From Terriglobia bacterium (GTDB taxonomy: Bacteria; Acidobacteriota; Terriglobia; 20CM-2-55-15), in assembly GCA_965262425.1 (NCBI GenBank), contig OZ253536.1, positions 4,944,412 through 5,008,411 of the forward strand: DNA of 64,000 nt, given 5' to 3'. The translations under genes and the position numbers were made by a program. How positions within the stretch are numbered: the first letter of the stretch is position 1; each line of letters opens with the position of its first letter. Below, one piece after another: positions 21,182 through 32,448 of the stretch. The notes below the pieces were generated by a model. It saw nothing but the letters and a program-made list of their open reading frames with translations, made no database searches and had not been told where the DNA came from.

Positions 21182-21472
21182 ATGGACACGGCTGACATCC
21201 TGAGGGAAAAGCGCGAACAGGTGCTTGACCTTGCCCACCAACATGGAGCACGGCAGGTCCGGATCTTCGGATCGGTAGCACGCGGTGATGCGGGCCCTTC
21301 GAGCGACATCGACTTCCTTGTAGAAATGGAGCCGGGACGAAGCTTACTCGATCTTGGTGGGCTGGTAGCGGAACTCCAGCAACTCCTTGGTCGTAGCGTT
21401 GATGTCGTGACGGAGCGCGGACTCAAGGCGCGTATTCGTGCGCGTGTCCTCGAAGAGGCGATCCGTTTGTGA
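21182..21472 (+). CDS. MntA-type nucleotidyltransferase (second copy)
   Basis: It has the motif [21 protein letters not shown], is 96 aa, and is a paralog of 5688..5978. Confidence 0.8.
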   Translation: MDTADILREKREQVLDLAHQHGARQVRIFGSVARGDAGPSSDIDFLVEMEPGRSLLDLGGLVAELQQLLGRSVDVVTERGLKARIRARVLEEAIRL

Positions 21473-21552
21473 GAGATCCTCTCGAACGACTCCAAGACAT
21501 CCTTGATGTGACGCTCGTCGTTGGTGGTTGTTCGAAGCAGGGTCGAGGGTGA
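21469..21552 (+). pseudogene. HepT-type HEPN toxin remnant (only ~14 N-terminal residues conserved)
   Basis: A GTG overlaps the mntA stop. [13 protein letters not shown] matches the HepT N-terminus (HPDLLVSDILEAI), then diverges after ~21510 and stops. Confidence 0.45.
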
Positions 21553-22007
21553 GGATCAGCCCGGTTGTTGGCACACGGCTTCGGCCGAAGGCCCACGTTT
21601 ACTCTATCCCCCCTCGCACGGCCTGGAAAAGCAATAGCCCTCGAGGCTCAGACAGAACTATGGGCGGCTTATCATGCCCGTCGCGCTTTTCAGTTTCTTC
21701 AACGACACGCCACGTTGTGATGAGTGAATCGATTCTCGGAACATCGGATCTACAGGGTGTCTCAACGGAGTAGGGGCTGGTTGCCAAGAGACCTGTTACG
21801 TCCCGGTAGCCCGCCGGCGGGGAGATGTTTCTCTTGACAACCCCTCTCATAGAACCAACCGGGTGGCTGCAGTTCAGACAGTAGAGTGAGCCAGCAACGT
21901 TAAGCCGTCCCACCGGGGTCTGGAAGAATCCCAAAACGACAATTTGTGGAAAGATGTAGATTTTTGGGGTTGAAGCGTCGGTATCTGTATGTGATAATTA
22001 TATACGA

Positions 22008-22392
22008 CATGCAGTCTAAGAACAAACTGGCGCGATTGAGCCGGTACCGGGCCGCTTTGCGGGAAGCGATCGATGAGTTAGCCGAGTTGATCGAGGTGGG
22101 CTATGAACGCAAGCCGATGGTGAAGGGGACCGTGTACGAGTTGGCGCGCAAGTGCGGCAAGGCTGGCTGTGCGTGTACGCGGGGACAGTTGCACCGCTCG
22201 ATGGTGTTGAGCTGGAGCGAGGAGGGCCGGACCCGGTTGTTGTCGATTCCTGCTGAGCGAGTGAAGGGGTTGCGAGAGAAGAGTGAACGGTATACCCAGT
22301 ATCGCGCGGCCCGGGCCGAGGTCACCCGAGTACAACGGAGGATTCTGAAGCTGCTGGATCAAATCGAGAAGCTGCGGCGGGAGAAACCCTGA
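22008..22392 (+). CDS. IS-associated small zinc-ribbon protein (CGKxxCxC motif), homolog of 6623..7009
   Basis: It has the motif LARKCGKAGCACTRGQLHRSMVLSWSEEGRTR. It is followed 14 nt later by a transposase. Both copies are preceded by a TATATAC motif 5-7 nt upstream of the ATG. Confidence 0.6.
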
Positions 22393-22405
22393 TGGGGAGT
22401 CCGGC

Positions 22406-24062
22406 ATGACCGTGTTTGAACGCAACGACCGGTTGGTGTGCGACGCGTTCCGGGACGGGGAGTTTGACTCGATCGAGGCGGCCGGAGAGGTCTCCGAGAC
22501 GGACTTCTTTCGAGCCATCGCGGGCAAGAAGATTCTCGAGAAGTTGGCGGGGAGCTACCCGACCCCATTGAAGAAGCACGACGTACCGGTGTGGGTCTAT
22601 ATCGCCAGCAATGTGGCGATGCGCTTCCACGGGGTGCATCAGTTTCATGCCTATCCCTATGTCGTGCGCAGCGGGGGGATGGTCCAGGCCTTCGGCCCCC
22701 AGATGGGGCATCGGGCCATCCACCCGGAGACCGGCGATGTGACCTTGGAGTGTGGGGGGTTCAACGACAAGAACAGCTACGACCGGCAGACCCCCTGTGA
22801 TCAGGACTATCTGCGGAAGATGGCGCGCAAGACCGACGCGGATCGCCTCCAGGATTGGTTCAACCGCGACGTGGTGGGCATCTTCCGACAGCATCGGGCC
22901 TTTGATCGGGAAGGGCTGTTCATCGGGGATGCGACCTATCTGTTCCTACCTGACAACCCGGCCTATGAACACGCCTCCTTGATGCTATTCAACGAGCACA
23001 ACAAGCCGGTCGACGGTCTAAAACTGACCTCCAAACAGAAACTCCGGTGTCAGTGGCGCCGGTGCTACAAACTGGTGACCCTGATCCACACCAATCGCGC
23101 CGGGGACTTCTTCCTATGGGCCGGACTGCGAGTCAGTCAGGGTAAAGATAACGAACTTGCCGATACTGTACCGCATGGTCGACGAGTTTGTGGCCTATCA
23201 TGGCACGGGAATCATCAAGCGGTTGATCCTGGACCGGGGGTTTCTCGATGGCCCCTCCATTGGTCGTTGCAAACAGGATTATGGGATCGACATCCTGATT
23301 CCGGCCCGTCGCAACATGGAGATCACCCGCGACGCGATCGATCTGGCTGACGCCCAACCCGGGACGTTCCAATCTTGGACGCCTCCTGCACCGCCGGAGA
23401 AACCGGCTCCCCTTCATCGGCCCGCCGCGATTCGCAAACGTGAGCAGGCCCGGCAACGCACCTTAGAGAAACGCCCCGTCGAAAATCCGCCCGATCCGGC
23501 CACCACGCGCGTGGGTTCGGAACTGGCCGTGGTCCGGGACCTGGAGTCCTATTCCAACTGTCCGGTCCCGCTCCATGCGGTGATCAACCGTGAACGCTAT
23601 GCCGATGGGCACACCGATCAGTGGGTGCTCTTGGATACCAAACGCATTGCGGATCCCGCCCAAACCCGCACCGAGTATGCGCTGCGCACCGTGGTTGAAG
23701 CGGGCTACCGGCAAACCAAGTGTTTCTCCGGCCTCGCCGAGTTCTCTTCCCGCGCATTCAGTCTCGTGGTCAACCAGGTCGTCTTTGTCCTGCTCACCTA
23801 CAGCCTGCTGCAGTGGTATCTGCGGCGCATCGAACGCCGGAACATGAATCGGAAGACTCGCCCCCGCATCCTCGATGTGCTCCAGCCGACCTTTACCGTC
23901 ATTCTGATTTACTACCAAAACTACGTCGCCTTCCTCTCTCCGCTCGAGCATCAGGAAATGGTGCTCACACTCTGCGAAACGGCTCGCAAGAAGATTCTTG
24001 CCAAGACCCGCCGGCTCCGTCGCGCCCTGGCAAATCAACTGCAGAATCCTCGGCCTCCATAG
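22406..24062 (+). pseudogene. IS4-superfamily DDE transposase (~550 aa if joined), frameshift near 23140
   Basis: ORF 22406..23350 and ORF 23157..24062 overlap in different frames. The sense switches between ...RVSQGKDNE and ITNLPILYRMVDEF... The C-terminal YRQTKCFSGL region is typical of DDE_Tnp_1. Confidence 0.65.
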
Positions 24063-24356
24063 CGCACCGGGCCCTCGTCATGGATTTCTATCGACCCTGT
24101 TTGCCGCATCATCCGGCGGTCGTCGCACTCGTGTCGCTTCTCGAGCCACACCCATCCCTTTCACCATCCTGCAACTCCCTGTTTCCCACGCAAAACTCCT
24201 ATCGCCCGAAAAACCACACGATATCGATCGGATAGCCTCAAGGAAATCGCCGCAGTGTCTGAATCGCAGGACGCTTGACAGTCTGTTAGAATTAGTGCGA
24301 TAAGTTTCGTAGACTCCGAACAACCTCAGGTATCGAACACCGACCCGGAGGGACTC

Positions 24357-24653
24357 TTGGAACTGGATGACAATCTCAAGAAACTGATGAAGGATCTCGG
24401 CGCGGCGGTAAACGACGCGCTGTCCGATTCAGAAGAGATCAGCGAAGCCATTCAAAACGTGCGCAACTCTGGATATGATGTTTTCCTCGTTCTCGAAGCC
24501 ACTATCGGTTTCAACCGACGGTCAAAAACCCAGTCGACCGAAGAAATAGAGGACTCCGTGATCCGGAGCGAGATCGACTTGAAAGTGAATGCCCAGGACA
24601 TGAAGTTTCTGAAATCCCTCAAGATCAAAGTCGACGATCTGGACCCGCAGTAG
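24357..24653 (+). CDS. hypothetical acidic 98-aa protein
   Basis: The ORF has lower GC than its surroundings and no recognisable motif. It overlaps the convergent GT9 3' end by 29 nt. Confidence 0.35.
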   Translation: MELDDNLKKLMKDLGAAVNDALSDSEEISEAIQNVRNSGYDVFLVLEATIGFNRRSKTQSTEEIEDSVIRSEIDLKVNAQDMKFLKSLKIKVDDLDPQ

Positions 24654-25650
24654 CTCGCATCTCTTCGAGGACCTCGACGACTTCCAAAACTGAAACCTCC
24701 CCTACGGAATCTTTCTTAATGTAGCGATCCGAACTTCCGACTGGCCGGTAGTGCTCCGGTAGGCTCCGGCTGAAAATGCCGAGGGTCGGAACTCCGACGG
24801 CTGACCCGATGTGCATGGGGCCGCTGTCGTTGCTGATCAACATCTCGGCCGAACTAAACAGCGCGGCCAGATCCGCGATGCCGAGACCCGTCAAAACCGT
24901 TACGTTCTCTATCTCTCGGACAGCCGCTTTTGTCTCCTCGGCAATGGCCACTTCCCGGTCTGATGCTCCTGAAACGATCAGAACCGAAGCAGACCACGTC
25001 CGTATCACGTAATCGGCAACCGCGGCAAACCTCCTGGAGGGCCATCGACGGTCGCTGACGGAGGCCCCGACGTACAAGACGATTACGGGAGGAGATGGCA
25101 ATAGTTCCCGGGCTCGCGCCGCCTCGTCGGGGGGGATCTCAATCAACCTGGTTCGCGGAGCGATTTCGGGAGGAGCCGTGTGAACGTTCTCGGCAACCAT
25201 ACGAAACATGTCGGCCACGTGCACGCCTTTGTCCTCCAAGACCGGCTTCAGGTTGAAACAAAACGGAAGGTATGCGCGATCGGATCGCTTCATACCCACG
25301 CGGTATCTGGCGCCCGACACCCAGGTCAGCAAGTTCGTCTCGCGAAAACTGTGGAAGTCCACGACGAGGTCAAAGTTCCTCGATCGAATGTCGGCAACCA
25401 GCCGGCGAATCTGAACCAGCGCCCCCCACTTCGGTCCATCTCGCATTGCCAGCCTGTCCACCGCCAGGACTTCATCCAGATCGGGACAAAGTCTGGCCAG
25501 CGGTGCGCAGCGGCTCCCTGTCAACAGGGAAAGGCGCGCGGTGGGAAAAGAGGCCTTCAGGTACGCCAACGATGGCAGAAGCAAGGCGACATCTCCCAGC
25601 CGCGCAAAACGTATAGCCAGGACGTTGGAAATACCATGGAGCTCCCTCAC
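24625..25650 (-). CDS. glycosyltransferase family 9 (ADP-heptose:LPS heptosyltransferase-like)
   Basis: The sequences VLAIRFARLGDVALLLPS and ISNDSGPMHIGSAVGVPTLGIF are GT9 signatures. Confidence 0.8.
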   Translation of the reverse strand: MRELHGISNVLAIRFARLGDVALLLPSLAYLKASFPTARLSLLTGSRCAPLARLCPDLDEVLAVDRLAMRDGPKWGALVQIRRLVADIRSRNFDLVVDFHSFRETNLLTWVSGARYRVGMKRSDRAYLPFCFNLKPVLEDKGVHVADMFRMVAENVHTAPPEIAPRTRLIEIPPDEAARARELLPSPPVIVLYVGASVSDRRWPSRRFAAVADYVIRTWSASVLIVSGASDREVAIAEETKAAVREIENVTVLTGLGIADLAALFSSAEMLISNDSGPMHIGSAVGVPTLGIFSRSLPEHYRPVGSSDRYIKKDSVGEVSVLEVVEVLEEMRATAGPDRRL

Positions 25651-26285
25651 GGAACGATCAGTCGACTCTGGTCTTGTTCGGCCTCTTCGGGCACCATCGT
25701 TCTCAGCCAGTCGAGGTATTGGCGGCTCTTTGGACGGCCGTTGGAGTGGAAATCGGACGTCTGAATCATGAAGTCGAGGACCTCCTGGGCTTCGGAAACA
25801 CGCAGCGCCCGGCGGTCCGGCTCGAGCGGCGGCTCCATCAGGTCGTCCAACAGCGATTTCATCCGCCGGAACAGGGCGGTTGCCACAGGACCTTCTGGAA
25901 GGGTCTCGTAATACAGTCCCGTCGAGAGGGTCTTCAAAGTAGCGACCAGGGCGGCAAAGGCATCGCTCGCGTCTCCGTCGACCATAGAGGGGGTGTCGGC
26001 ACGCTCTTCCAGGACGGATTCGGCAAACGTCGCGATGAGTGGTGCGTTCTGGTAGAAGAACCGCTCATCAAATCGACGATTCGACGGCACGGGTCCCTGC
26101 GGGGTTCCTCGTTCAGCCTCGTAGGAACGGCCCTTGCGAAGGTGGACACAATCGCTTGGACAGTCAATCTCAACTTCCCTCTTTGTACCGCAACACACCG
26201 AACAAATCGTGGCCGACTTTGCTGGACAATGACGCTTCCCTGTCCTGGCGTCACAGAGAGGACACCTCTTCTTTCGAGTGGCCAT
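25647..26285 (-). CDS. Cys-rich zinc-ribbon protein, hypothetical
   Basis: The start is at MATRKKRCPLCDARTGKRHCPAKSATICSVCCGTKREVEIDCPSDCVH (8 Cys in 45 aa). It shares an ATGA 4-nt overlap with the downstream GT9 gene, so they are likely co-transcribed. Confidence 0.55.
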   Translation of the reverse strand: MATRKKRCPLCDARTGKRHCPAKSATICSVCCGTKREVEIDCPSDCVHLRKGRSYEAERGTPQGPVPSNRRFDERFFYQNAPLIATFAESVLEERADTPSMVDGDASDAFAALVATLKTLSTGLYYETLPEGPVATALFRRMKSLLDDLMEPPLEPDRRALRVSEAQEVLDFMIQTSDFHSNGRPKSRQYLDWLRTMVPEEAEQDQSRLIVP

Positions 26286-26659
26286 ACCAACGCGAATTAT
26301 AGCACAGCAATTCGATCCGAAACGGAGGCCGAAATGGCGTCGGATGCCTTTGAAATAAGGCTTTCGGGTGATTTCCCGGACACGGGGCAGCGGGAAATGG
26401 GGCCCCGGAATGGGCGCCGGGACTTCGGTCAGATTGGGGTACGGCCGATTCAGCCGAACAGGAGGTGTTTCGAGGAACTGCCGGGAACGAGCGGTCCGAG
26501 GATGGCTGAAGATTCGGGCCGGGTTGCGAAGTGATTTCTCCAAATGGAAGGCGTCGGCCCGAACGTAGGGCTCGCGGGCACACGTCAGGTTGACTTTTGA
26601 TGGCAAGCTTCGCGATAATGGGTGGCTATGTCTTGGACCAGATTGGGGGTGTGTACTAC

Positions 26660-26866
26660 GTGGCCGAAATAAGAATCCAGGAGGGCGAGTCGATTGAGAA
26701 CGCTCTCCGACGTTTCAAGAGAAAAGTCCAGCAGGAGGACATCATCAAAGAGGTGAAGAGACACTCTTACTACTTGAAGCCTGGCGAAAAGAAAAGGATC
26801 AAGCAGGCGCTGGCGCGAAAGCGCAGCCGAAAGAAGATTCGACGACGACGTCCCGAGCCGAGCTAG
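26660..26866 (+). CDS. rpsU: 30S ribosomal protein S21
   Basis: The sequence VAEIRIQEGESIENALRRFKRKVQQEDIIKEVKRHSYYLKPGEKKRIK gives a GTG start at 26660. Confidence 0.85.
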   Translation: MAEIRIQEGESIENALRRFKRKVQQEDIIKEVKRHSYYLKPGEKKRIKQALARKRSRKKIRRRRPEPS

Positions 26867-26950
26867 GAGCCTGCGCGGCAGAAGAGATCTACTGTGAAAG
26901 CGGTATAATCGGTCCAGATTTCCCCGATTTTTCGTTAAATAGAACCACAG
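26866..26950. repeat. Second copy of the 85-bp REP/MITE-like element (left TIR + internal part)
   Basis: GGAGCCTGCGCGGCAGAAGAGATCTACTGTGAAAGCGGTATAATCGGTCCAGATTTCCCCGATTTTTCGTTAAATAGAACCAC is ~90% identical to 16596..16680. It begins at the last base of the rpsU stop codon. Confidence 0.7.
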
Positions 26951-26960
26951 GTTTCTGGAA

Positions 26961-26992
26961 TTTTTCAAAAGCCCCCTGATAGGGGGCTTTTG
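26961..26992. terminator. bidirectional rho-independent terminator hairpin
   Basis: The hairpin GCCCCCTgatAGGGGGC is flanked by T/A runs. It lies between the convergent rpsU and pta-like genes. Confidence 0.7.
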
Positions 26993-26995
26993 CTG

Positions 26996-28045
26996 TTATT
27001 GAGCTTCGATGGCTGTTATTGCGGTGAGATCGACGACGTCCTCAACCGAGTAACGGGATGGGAGGTGATTGGCGGGCCGGGCGAGGCCTTGGAAAATCGG
27101 CCCGAGGACCCGGGCGCCTTCCACACGCTGTGCAAGTCTGTGTCCTAGGTTTCCCGCTTCAGTGTCCGGGAAAACCAAAGTGTTTGCCCCGCAAGAGGTC
27201 GGTGTTCCCGTTGTCCCATCCTCGGTAAAAGCGACATTCGTTTGGAGCTTTTCATCTACGATCAATCCGGATCCACGCACGCGAAGAGTCTTCGAAGCCT
27301 GCATAACACGATCGTGAAGCTCAGATTCCGCACTCTTGAAACGGTTCTTGAAGTCCAGAGAAGCAACAGGTGTAAAAGAGAGGAAAGCCACTCGCGGCTC
27401 ACACTTGAGCAACCGCCGGGCGTTGGCTGCAGCGGCCAGGGCGATAGCGGCCAGCTGGGCTCCCGTGGGTGGCCCGGAGTCTCCGCTGTCTGCGAACACT
27501 ACCGCATCTCGGTGACCATCTCGATGGGACGGCAACGCCATCAGAAAGTATCGGGTAACGGTCAACGACCCAGGTTCGAAACCGACCGAAAGGATGGCGG
27601 CGCGTTTGAAGGCCAGGTACGGGCCACTTCCTACGAGTCCGTCGGCGTCGCCTGCACGAACCATCGCAGCCGCGAAATAAACCGGATCTTCCAGCCGGCC
27701 CCGGGCTTCAATGACGGTGGTCCCTTGAGATCGCCAGCTCTCGAGCTGCTGGGCCGCGTAACGCGCTGTCGCGGCAGGGTCGGTTTCGAGAATCTCGATC
27801 CCGGACAGCGACAAACCTATCGAGCGGGCGCTCGCCTGGACTTTCTTCGGATTGCCCACCAGCACAGGGCTGGCAATCGCTTCCCTCGATATGATGTCCG
27901 CCGCCTGGAGAATCCGAGGATCGTACGATTCCGAGAAAACGATGCGCTTGCGCTTCTTGGCGGCACGTTTGCGAATGTCATCGATGATTCCGTAATTCGA
28001 CACTTCTGAATGCTCCGTGGCAGGGCGGACCCCGCTCGGAAGCAT
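26996..28045 (-). CDS. pta: phosphate acetyl/butyryl-transferase family protein
   Basis: It has the PTA_PTB fold (KRIVFSESYDPRILQAA...GANTLVFPDTEAGN). The probable true start is the GTG at 28003. Confidence 0.8.
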   Translation of the reverse strand: MLPSGVRPATEHSEVSNYGIIDDIRKRAAKKRKRIVFSESYDPRILQAADIISREAIASPVLVGNPKKVQASARSIGLSLSGIEILETDPAATARYAAQQLESWRSQGTTVIEARGRLEDPVYFAAAMVRAGDADGLVGSGPYLAFKRAAILSVGFEPGSLTVTRYFLMALPSHRDGHRDAVVFADSGDSGPPTGAQLAAIALAAAANARRLLKCEPRVAFLSFTPVASLDFKNRFKSAESELHDRVMQASKTLRVRGSGLIVDEKLQTNVAFTEDGTTGTPTSCGANTLVFPDTEAGNLGHRLAQRVEGARVLGPIFQGLARPANHLPSRYSVEDVVDLTAITAIEAQ

Positions 28046-28131
28046 AGCAGCACATCGTCGGAATCAACCAGGTTGGAAGCAGACGATAGACGATGAGAAC
28101 GGCAGACCGAGAGCCGCGGAACGTCGCCTGC

Positions 28132-29553
28132 CTACTTACTCGACGATAGTATCGCCCGCTCACGTCTCTTCTTGCTATTGATTCCGTGGCGCTTGATTTT
28201 TTGATTCAGCGTCGACAGCGGGATGTGAAAGGTGTCGGCCGCCTCGGTCTGGCTCCAGCCAGTTTGTTCGAGTCGCTCGAGAATGACCCGGCGTTCGAAG
28301 GCGTCCAGGATGTCGAACAACGAACTCTCCCTGTCCATTTCGAGCGATGTCAACGTCGCGAATCGTGGAGACGGATTCGTAACCGTCTCGGGCAACAGGT
28401 CGCGCCCGATCAAGTCGGAATGGGAAAGGACGACGGCACGTTCGACGACATTCTCCAGTTCCCTTACGTTGCCCGGCCAGGGGTAGTCCATCATGATCTT
28501 CATCGCTTCGGAACTGAAACGATAGATTGACTTGTCGTTTTCTTCGCAGTACTTCCGGACAAAGAACTCGAGGAGAAGCGGGATGTCTTCGCGACGGTCC
28601 CGAAGCTGTGGAACTTCCAGAGTAATGACGTTCAGGCGGTAGTAGAGATCGTCGCGGAACCTGCCTTCATCGACCAGCTTCTTCAGGTCCACATTCGTTG
28701 CGGCGATGATACGGACGTCCACCTTGATGGTGTCGACGCCTCCCAGGCGCATGAACTCACGCTCCTGGATCACGCGCAGCAACTTGGCCTGAGTCTCCGG
28801 ACTTATGGTTCCGATTTCATCAAAAAATATCGTCCCCTGGTCGGCGATTTCGAACAAACCCTTCTTGGTTGCAACGGCGCTGGTGAATGCCCCGCGAACG
28901 TGGCCGAACAACGTGCTCTCCAGGAGATCGACCGGCATGCTCCCGCTGTTGACAGGAACGAACGGCTTGTCGGATCGCGGACTCTTCAAGTGAATGGCCT
29001 TCGCGACCAGCTCTTTTCCCGTTCCGCTCTCTCCTTGAATCAGGACGGTGCTCCGACTGGCGGCAACCTGGGTCACAAGGTCGAGCAGACCCAACATCCT
29101 GTCGCTCTTGCCGATGATGTTGCTGTAGCCGAAACGCTCTTTGAGCGCTCGCCTCAGTTGCAGGTTCTCGCTGTATAGCTTCCGCTGTTTGATAGCATTC
29201 CTGATGATGGCGATCAGCTTTTCGTTGTTCCACGGCTTGGTGACGTAGTCGTGGGCGCCGGCTCGAATGGCCTCGACGGCTGTTTCCAGAGCAGCCATGG
29301 CCGTAAGGATGACAACAGGCAGTGTCGGGTCGACGCTCTTGAGCTCTTTCTGAATTTCCAGTCCGGAACGTCCTGGCAGCATCACATCCAACAACACGAC
29401 GTCATACAGGTTGGCCTGGATCGCATCGATCCCCTCTTCGCCGGAGGTCGCCGTGTCGACGGCCAACCCTTCCGAGTTCAGGAGCATTTCGAGACTATCC
29501 CGGATCTCCTTTTCGTCGTCGACTATCAAGACTCTTGCTTTTGCTTTAGACAT
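28132..29553 (-). CDS. sigma-54-dependent response regulator (REC + AAA+ sigma54 activator + Fis HTH)
   Basis: It has a phospho-acceptor Asp in VLLDVMLPG, plus [14 protein letters not shown] and ESTLFGH motifs, and a C-terminal HTH. Confidence 0.9.
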   Translation of the reverse strand: MSKAKARVLIVDDEKEIRDSLEMLLNSEGLAVDTATSGEEGIDAIQANLYDVVLLDVMLPGRSGLEIQKELKSVDPTLPVVILTAMAALETAVEAIRAGAHDYVTKPWNNEKLIAIIRNAIKQRKLYSENLQLRRALKERFGYSNIIGKSDRMLGLLDLVTQVAASRSTVLIQGESGTGKELVAKAIHLKSPRSDKPFVPVNSGSMPVDLLESTLFGHVRGAFTSAVATKKGLFEIADQGTIFFDEIGTISPETQAKLLRVIQEREFMRLGGVDTIKVDVRIIAATNVDLKKLVDEGRFRDDLYYRLNVITLEVPQLRDRREDIPLLLEFFVRKYCEENDKSIYRFSSEAMKIMMDYPWPGNVRELENVVERAVVLSHSDLIGRDLLPETVTNPSPRFATLTSLEMDRESSLFDILDAFERRVILERLEQTGWSQTEAADTFHIPLSTLNQKIKRHGINSKKRRERAILSSSK

Positions 29554-32296
29554 TTGCAGGCTTCCTTGCGAGCGGTAATTCCAATCGGAACGAGGTTCCC
29601 TGACCAGGTTGGCTTTCGACGGAAATGTCGCCTCCGTGTTCCTGGACTATCCCGTATGTCACAGAAAGACCCAGTCCGGTACCTTTGCCGATCTCTTTCG
29701 TCGTGAAAAATGGGTCGTAAATCTTCTTGATGTCCGCCGCATTGATACCGACTCCCGTGTCCTCAATCCAAAGCCTAAGTTTCGCCTCGCTCGTGTCGGT
29801 GCGGATTCGAAGTGTTCCTCCGTTGGGCATGGCGTCCTTGGAATTCAGAATCAAATTCAGGAAAACCTGCTGCAGCTTACCGGCGTTGCCGAAAGCCATC
29901 GGAGCGTCGGCGGCAAACTCTCGTTCAATCCGGATCCCGGCGCTTTTCAATTGGTGGTCGAGCAAAGAGACCGTTTCGGCGATGACCTGATGCACGTCGA
30001 GCTCCACAAACTCGGTCGCGTTGGTCCGCGAAAAACTCAGCAGATTATTAACGATTTCAGAGGCACGGAACGTTTGATTGATGATCTTGTCCATCAACTT
30101 GATCCGTTCGTCATCGGAGCCGATCTGTTTACGCAGTAGTTGCGAATAACTGGAAATGACCGCCAGGGGGGTATTGACCTCGTGGGCCACACCGGCAGCC
30201 AAAAGTCCGACCGAGGTCAGTTTGTCGTTCTCGACCAATTGATCCTCGAGTCGAACTCGTTCTGTAATGTCGTCAACAATTATCAACCGACCCGTCGTGC
30301 GGTTTTCTTTGTCCAGAAGCGGAGTGACGGAGAAGTTGACCACGAGATCGCCCCAACGATGTTTGTAAAGATTCCGTTCGTCTCGCAGACGGTCCAGCGA
30401 CTGCTCGGGAATGACGTCCGCGGTCGCCTTGCCTATCATCTCTGCCTGATTCTTGCCTGTCAGCTTTTCAAGCGCCCGGTTCCAGCCAACGATTCGCTCC
30501 CCGATCTCCACCATCACGCCAACGCTGATCGACTCGATGATGTTCTCGTTGAAGTCTTTCAGGATTTCATACTGGGTGGCCTTGTCCTCCAGTGATTCGT
30601 ATAATGTCGCGTTTTCGACGGCGATGCCGACGTAGTCGGAAACTCCCTCGAGCAGATCGATGTCCTCACTGGTCAGATAGTCGCCGTTCTCGGTCCGGCC
30701 TAGACCCAGATAGGCAATCACACGGTCCTTTGCACGGCACGGGATGAAGTAATTCAGTCCATTTTCCTCGTCCTCGAAGAAAATGTAGGGCTGATCCAGA
30801 TCCTTCTTCAGAAATGGGTAGGTTGTCCCTGCCGGCATCTCCAGGCCGTGAGCCCGAGCCAGAACAAACTGATCGGGTTCCTCCGGATCTTCGAGAAGGA
30901 CAGCCATACGGTCCACGAACAGCGAGCCGGACAAACGGTCCACGATGCGATCCAGCACTGTCCCGAGATCCACCTCGGAGCCCAGGTTCCTGCCGAAATC
31001 GGTGACCGTGAGCCGGAGATTGTACCGATCTTTGTAGAAGAACTTGTCCAGCCAGACCTGTATGTGATCCTTGATCGGGGCCAGGAGCAGGGCGGCGACG
31101 ATCGTCGCCACGATATTGGCAACAACACCGAGTTGCGGCAGATCGCCGAACAGAGCCCCGACCAGCACGACGATCGTAATGTAAAGACCCACCACGGTCG
31201 CGGTCGCCAGGGTGTAAGCCATCCCACGTTTGAACAGGATGTCCACGTCCATCAAACGGTATCGATGGATTGCGTAACCGAACGAAATCGGTATCAGAGC
31301 AAACGGCAACACCGCAAGATCGGCATATTCGAGCGGAACGGCACCAAACAGGCGTGGCAGAGACTGAAACAGAAAGTACGGAATCACCGCAACGGCCGTA
31401 CCTCGCGTCACCCACTTCAACTGTTGACGCAACTCCCGCTCTTCAACGGTTCGATACGTGTGGGTCAGGATCGCAGCGCTGAGTACAAACAACAGTCCGA
31501 AATGAAAGTCGTTGATGCTGTCGAGAAGACTCCGCAACGCGAGCGGGGATGGATAGAAGGCGAGGATGCCCGTCACATACGAGATCCACGTCATCATCAG
31601 GAGACTACCCGGAAGATATATCAACGGGGCCACGAATCGGTACTTCTGGATCCAGCGATGCTTAACCGGAAATTCCAGGCAAAAATGGACAAATAGTGGG
31701 GGCAGGAAGACATATGCGGCAAGGTCCGACCAGAAGATGGTCCAGTCGAAGTCGTTAAACTTGCCCGTGAAGCGAAAGACGTAAAGAACGAACGAGATCA
31801 GACATACGAAATAGAAGTGGAGGGCGTGGGGGGCACGCCAGCGGTTCGTGATGACAAAAATCCCCACCAGCAGGTGCAGGATTCCGATAATCTCGAGGTA
31901 CGTCAACTGGCTCTGAACCCGCTCTGGCTGTGGGGCCACCACAAGAGTCAACTCGATCGGAGCTCCTTCACGCTCAATGTGATAGGTCACTCTCGTCCAC
32001 TCACCGAGTTCGTAGAGAACCCGCGTCACGTGCCGCTCGTTCTCGATCTCCAGGTCGTCGATCGCCACCAGGGTGTCGCCGCGGCGTATGCCTGCGCGCT
32101 CGCCCGGCCCACCTCCGGCTACCAGGGACGCCTGGACGCCACCATGGCCGTCGACCTGACTCTCGATCCACAATACACCGTCATCAGGAGCGACCCAGAG
32201 TCGCTTCTGCTGGACGTTCAACCCACCCAGGATGATCATCCCCAGAGTGAAGATGAATGTTGCGATAATGCGGAACGATAGGATTTTTCTCGTCAT
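29546..32296 (-). CDS. sensor histidine kinase with N-terminal PDZ-like domain, polytopic membrane region, GAF/PAS and HisKA-HATPase
   Basis: It has an H-box HEVNTPLAVISSYSQLL and a G-box GTGLGLSV. It overlaps the response-regulator gene by 8 nt. Confidence 0.85.
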   Translation of the reverse strand: MTRKILSFRIIATFIFTLGMIILGGLNVQQKRLWVAPDDGVLWIESQVDGHGGVQASLVAGGGPGERAGIRRGDTLVAIDDLEIENERHVTRVLYELGEWTRVTYHIEREGAPIELTLVVAPQPERVQSQLTYLEIIGILHLLVGIFVITNRWRAPHALHFYFVCLISFVLYVFRFTGKFNDFDWTIFWSDLAAYVFLPPLFVHFCLEFPVKHRWIQKYRFVAPLIYLPGSLLMMTWISYVTGILAFYPSPLALRSLLDSINDFHFGLLFVLSAAILTHTYRTVEERELRQQLKWVTRGTAVAVIPYFLFQSLPRLFGAVPLEYADLAVLPFALIPISFGYAIHRYRLMDVDILFKRGMAYTLATATVVGLYITIVVLVGALFGDLPQLGVVANIVATIVAALLLAPIKDHIQVWLDKFFYKDRYNLRLTVTDFGRNLGSEVDLGTVLDRIVDRLSGSLFVDRMAVLLEDPEEPDQFVLARAHGLEMPAGTTYPFLKKDLDQPYIFFEDEENGLNYFIPCRAKDRVIAYLGLGRTENGDYLTSEDIDLLEGVSDYVGIAVENATLYESLEDKATQYEILKDFNENIIESISVGVMVEIGERIVGWNRALEKLTGKNQAEMIGKATADVIPEQSLDRLRDERNLYKHRWGDLVVNFSVTPLLDKENRTTGRLIIVDDITERVRLEDQLVENDKLTSVGLLAAGVAHEVNTPLAVISSYSQLLRKQIGSDDERIKLMDKIINQTFRASEIVNNLLSFSRTNATEFVELDVHQVIAETVSLLDHQLKSAGIRIEREFAADAPMAFGNAGKLQQVFLNLILNSKDAMPNGGTLRIRTDTSEAKLRLWIEDTGVGINAADIKKIYDPFFTTKEIGKGTGLGLSVTYGIVQEHGGDISVESQPGQGTSFRLELPLARKPANV

Positions 32297-32448
32297 GTCA
32301 TCAGAGTCTTTGGGACACAGGTATCCTTAAAGATCGCTGCAATCCGACCTCCAAACAAATCCCTGCATTTACATGCACTTAACTCAATGGAGACTCTAAA
32401 ATACCATTTTTGGAAGAGCGAATACAAAAAACTGTATTCCTGGAGGGC

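Noticed and set aside
23998-24303. ORF containing IDRIASRK resembling HepT GIDRISF, considered as the displaced 3' half of the hepT remnant
   Set aside because: Similarity is limited to four residues. This is insufficient.
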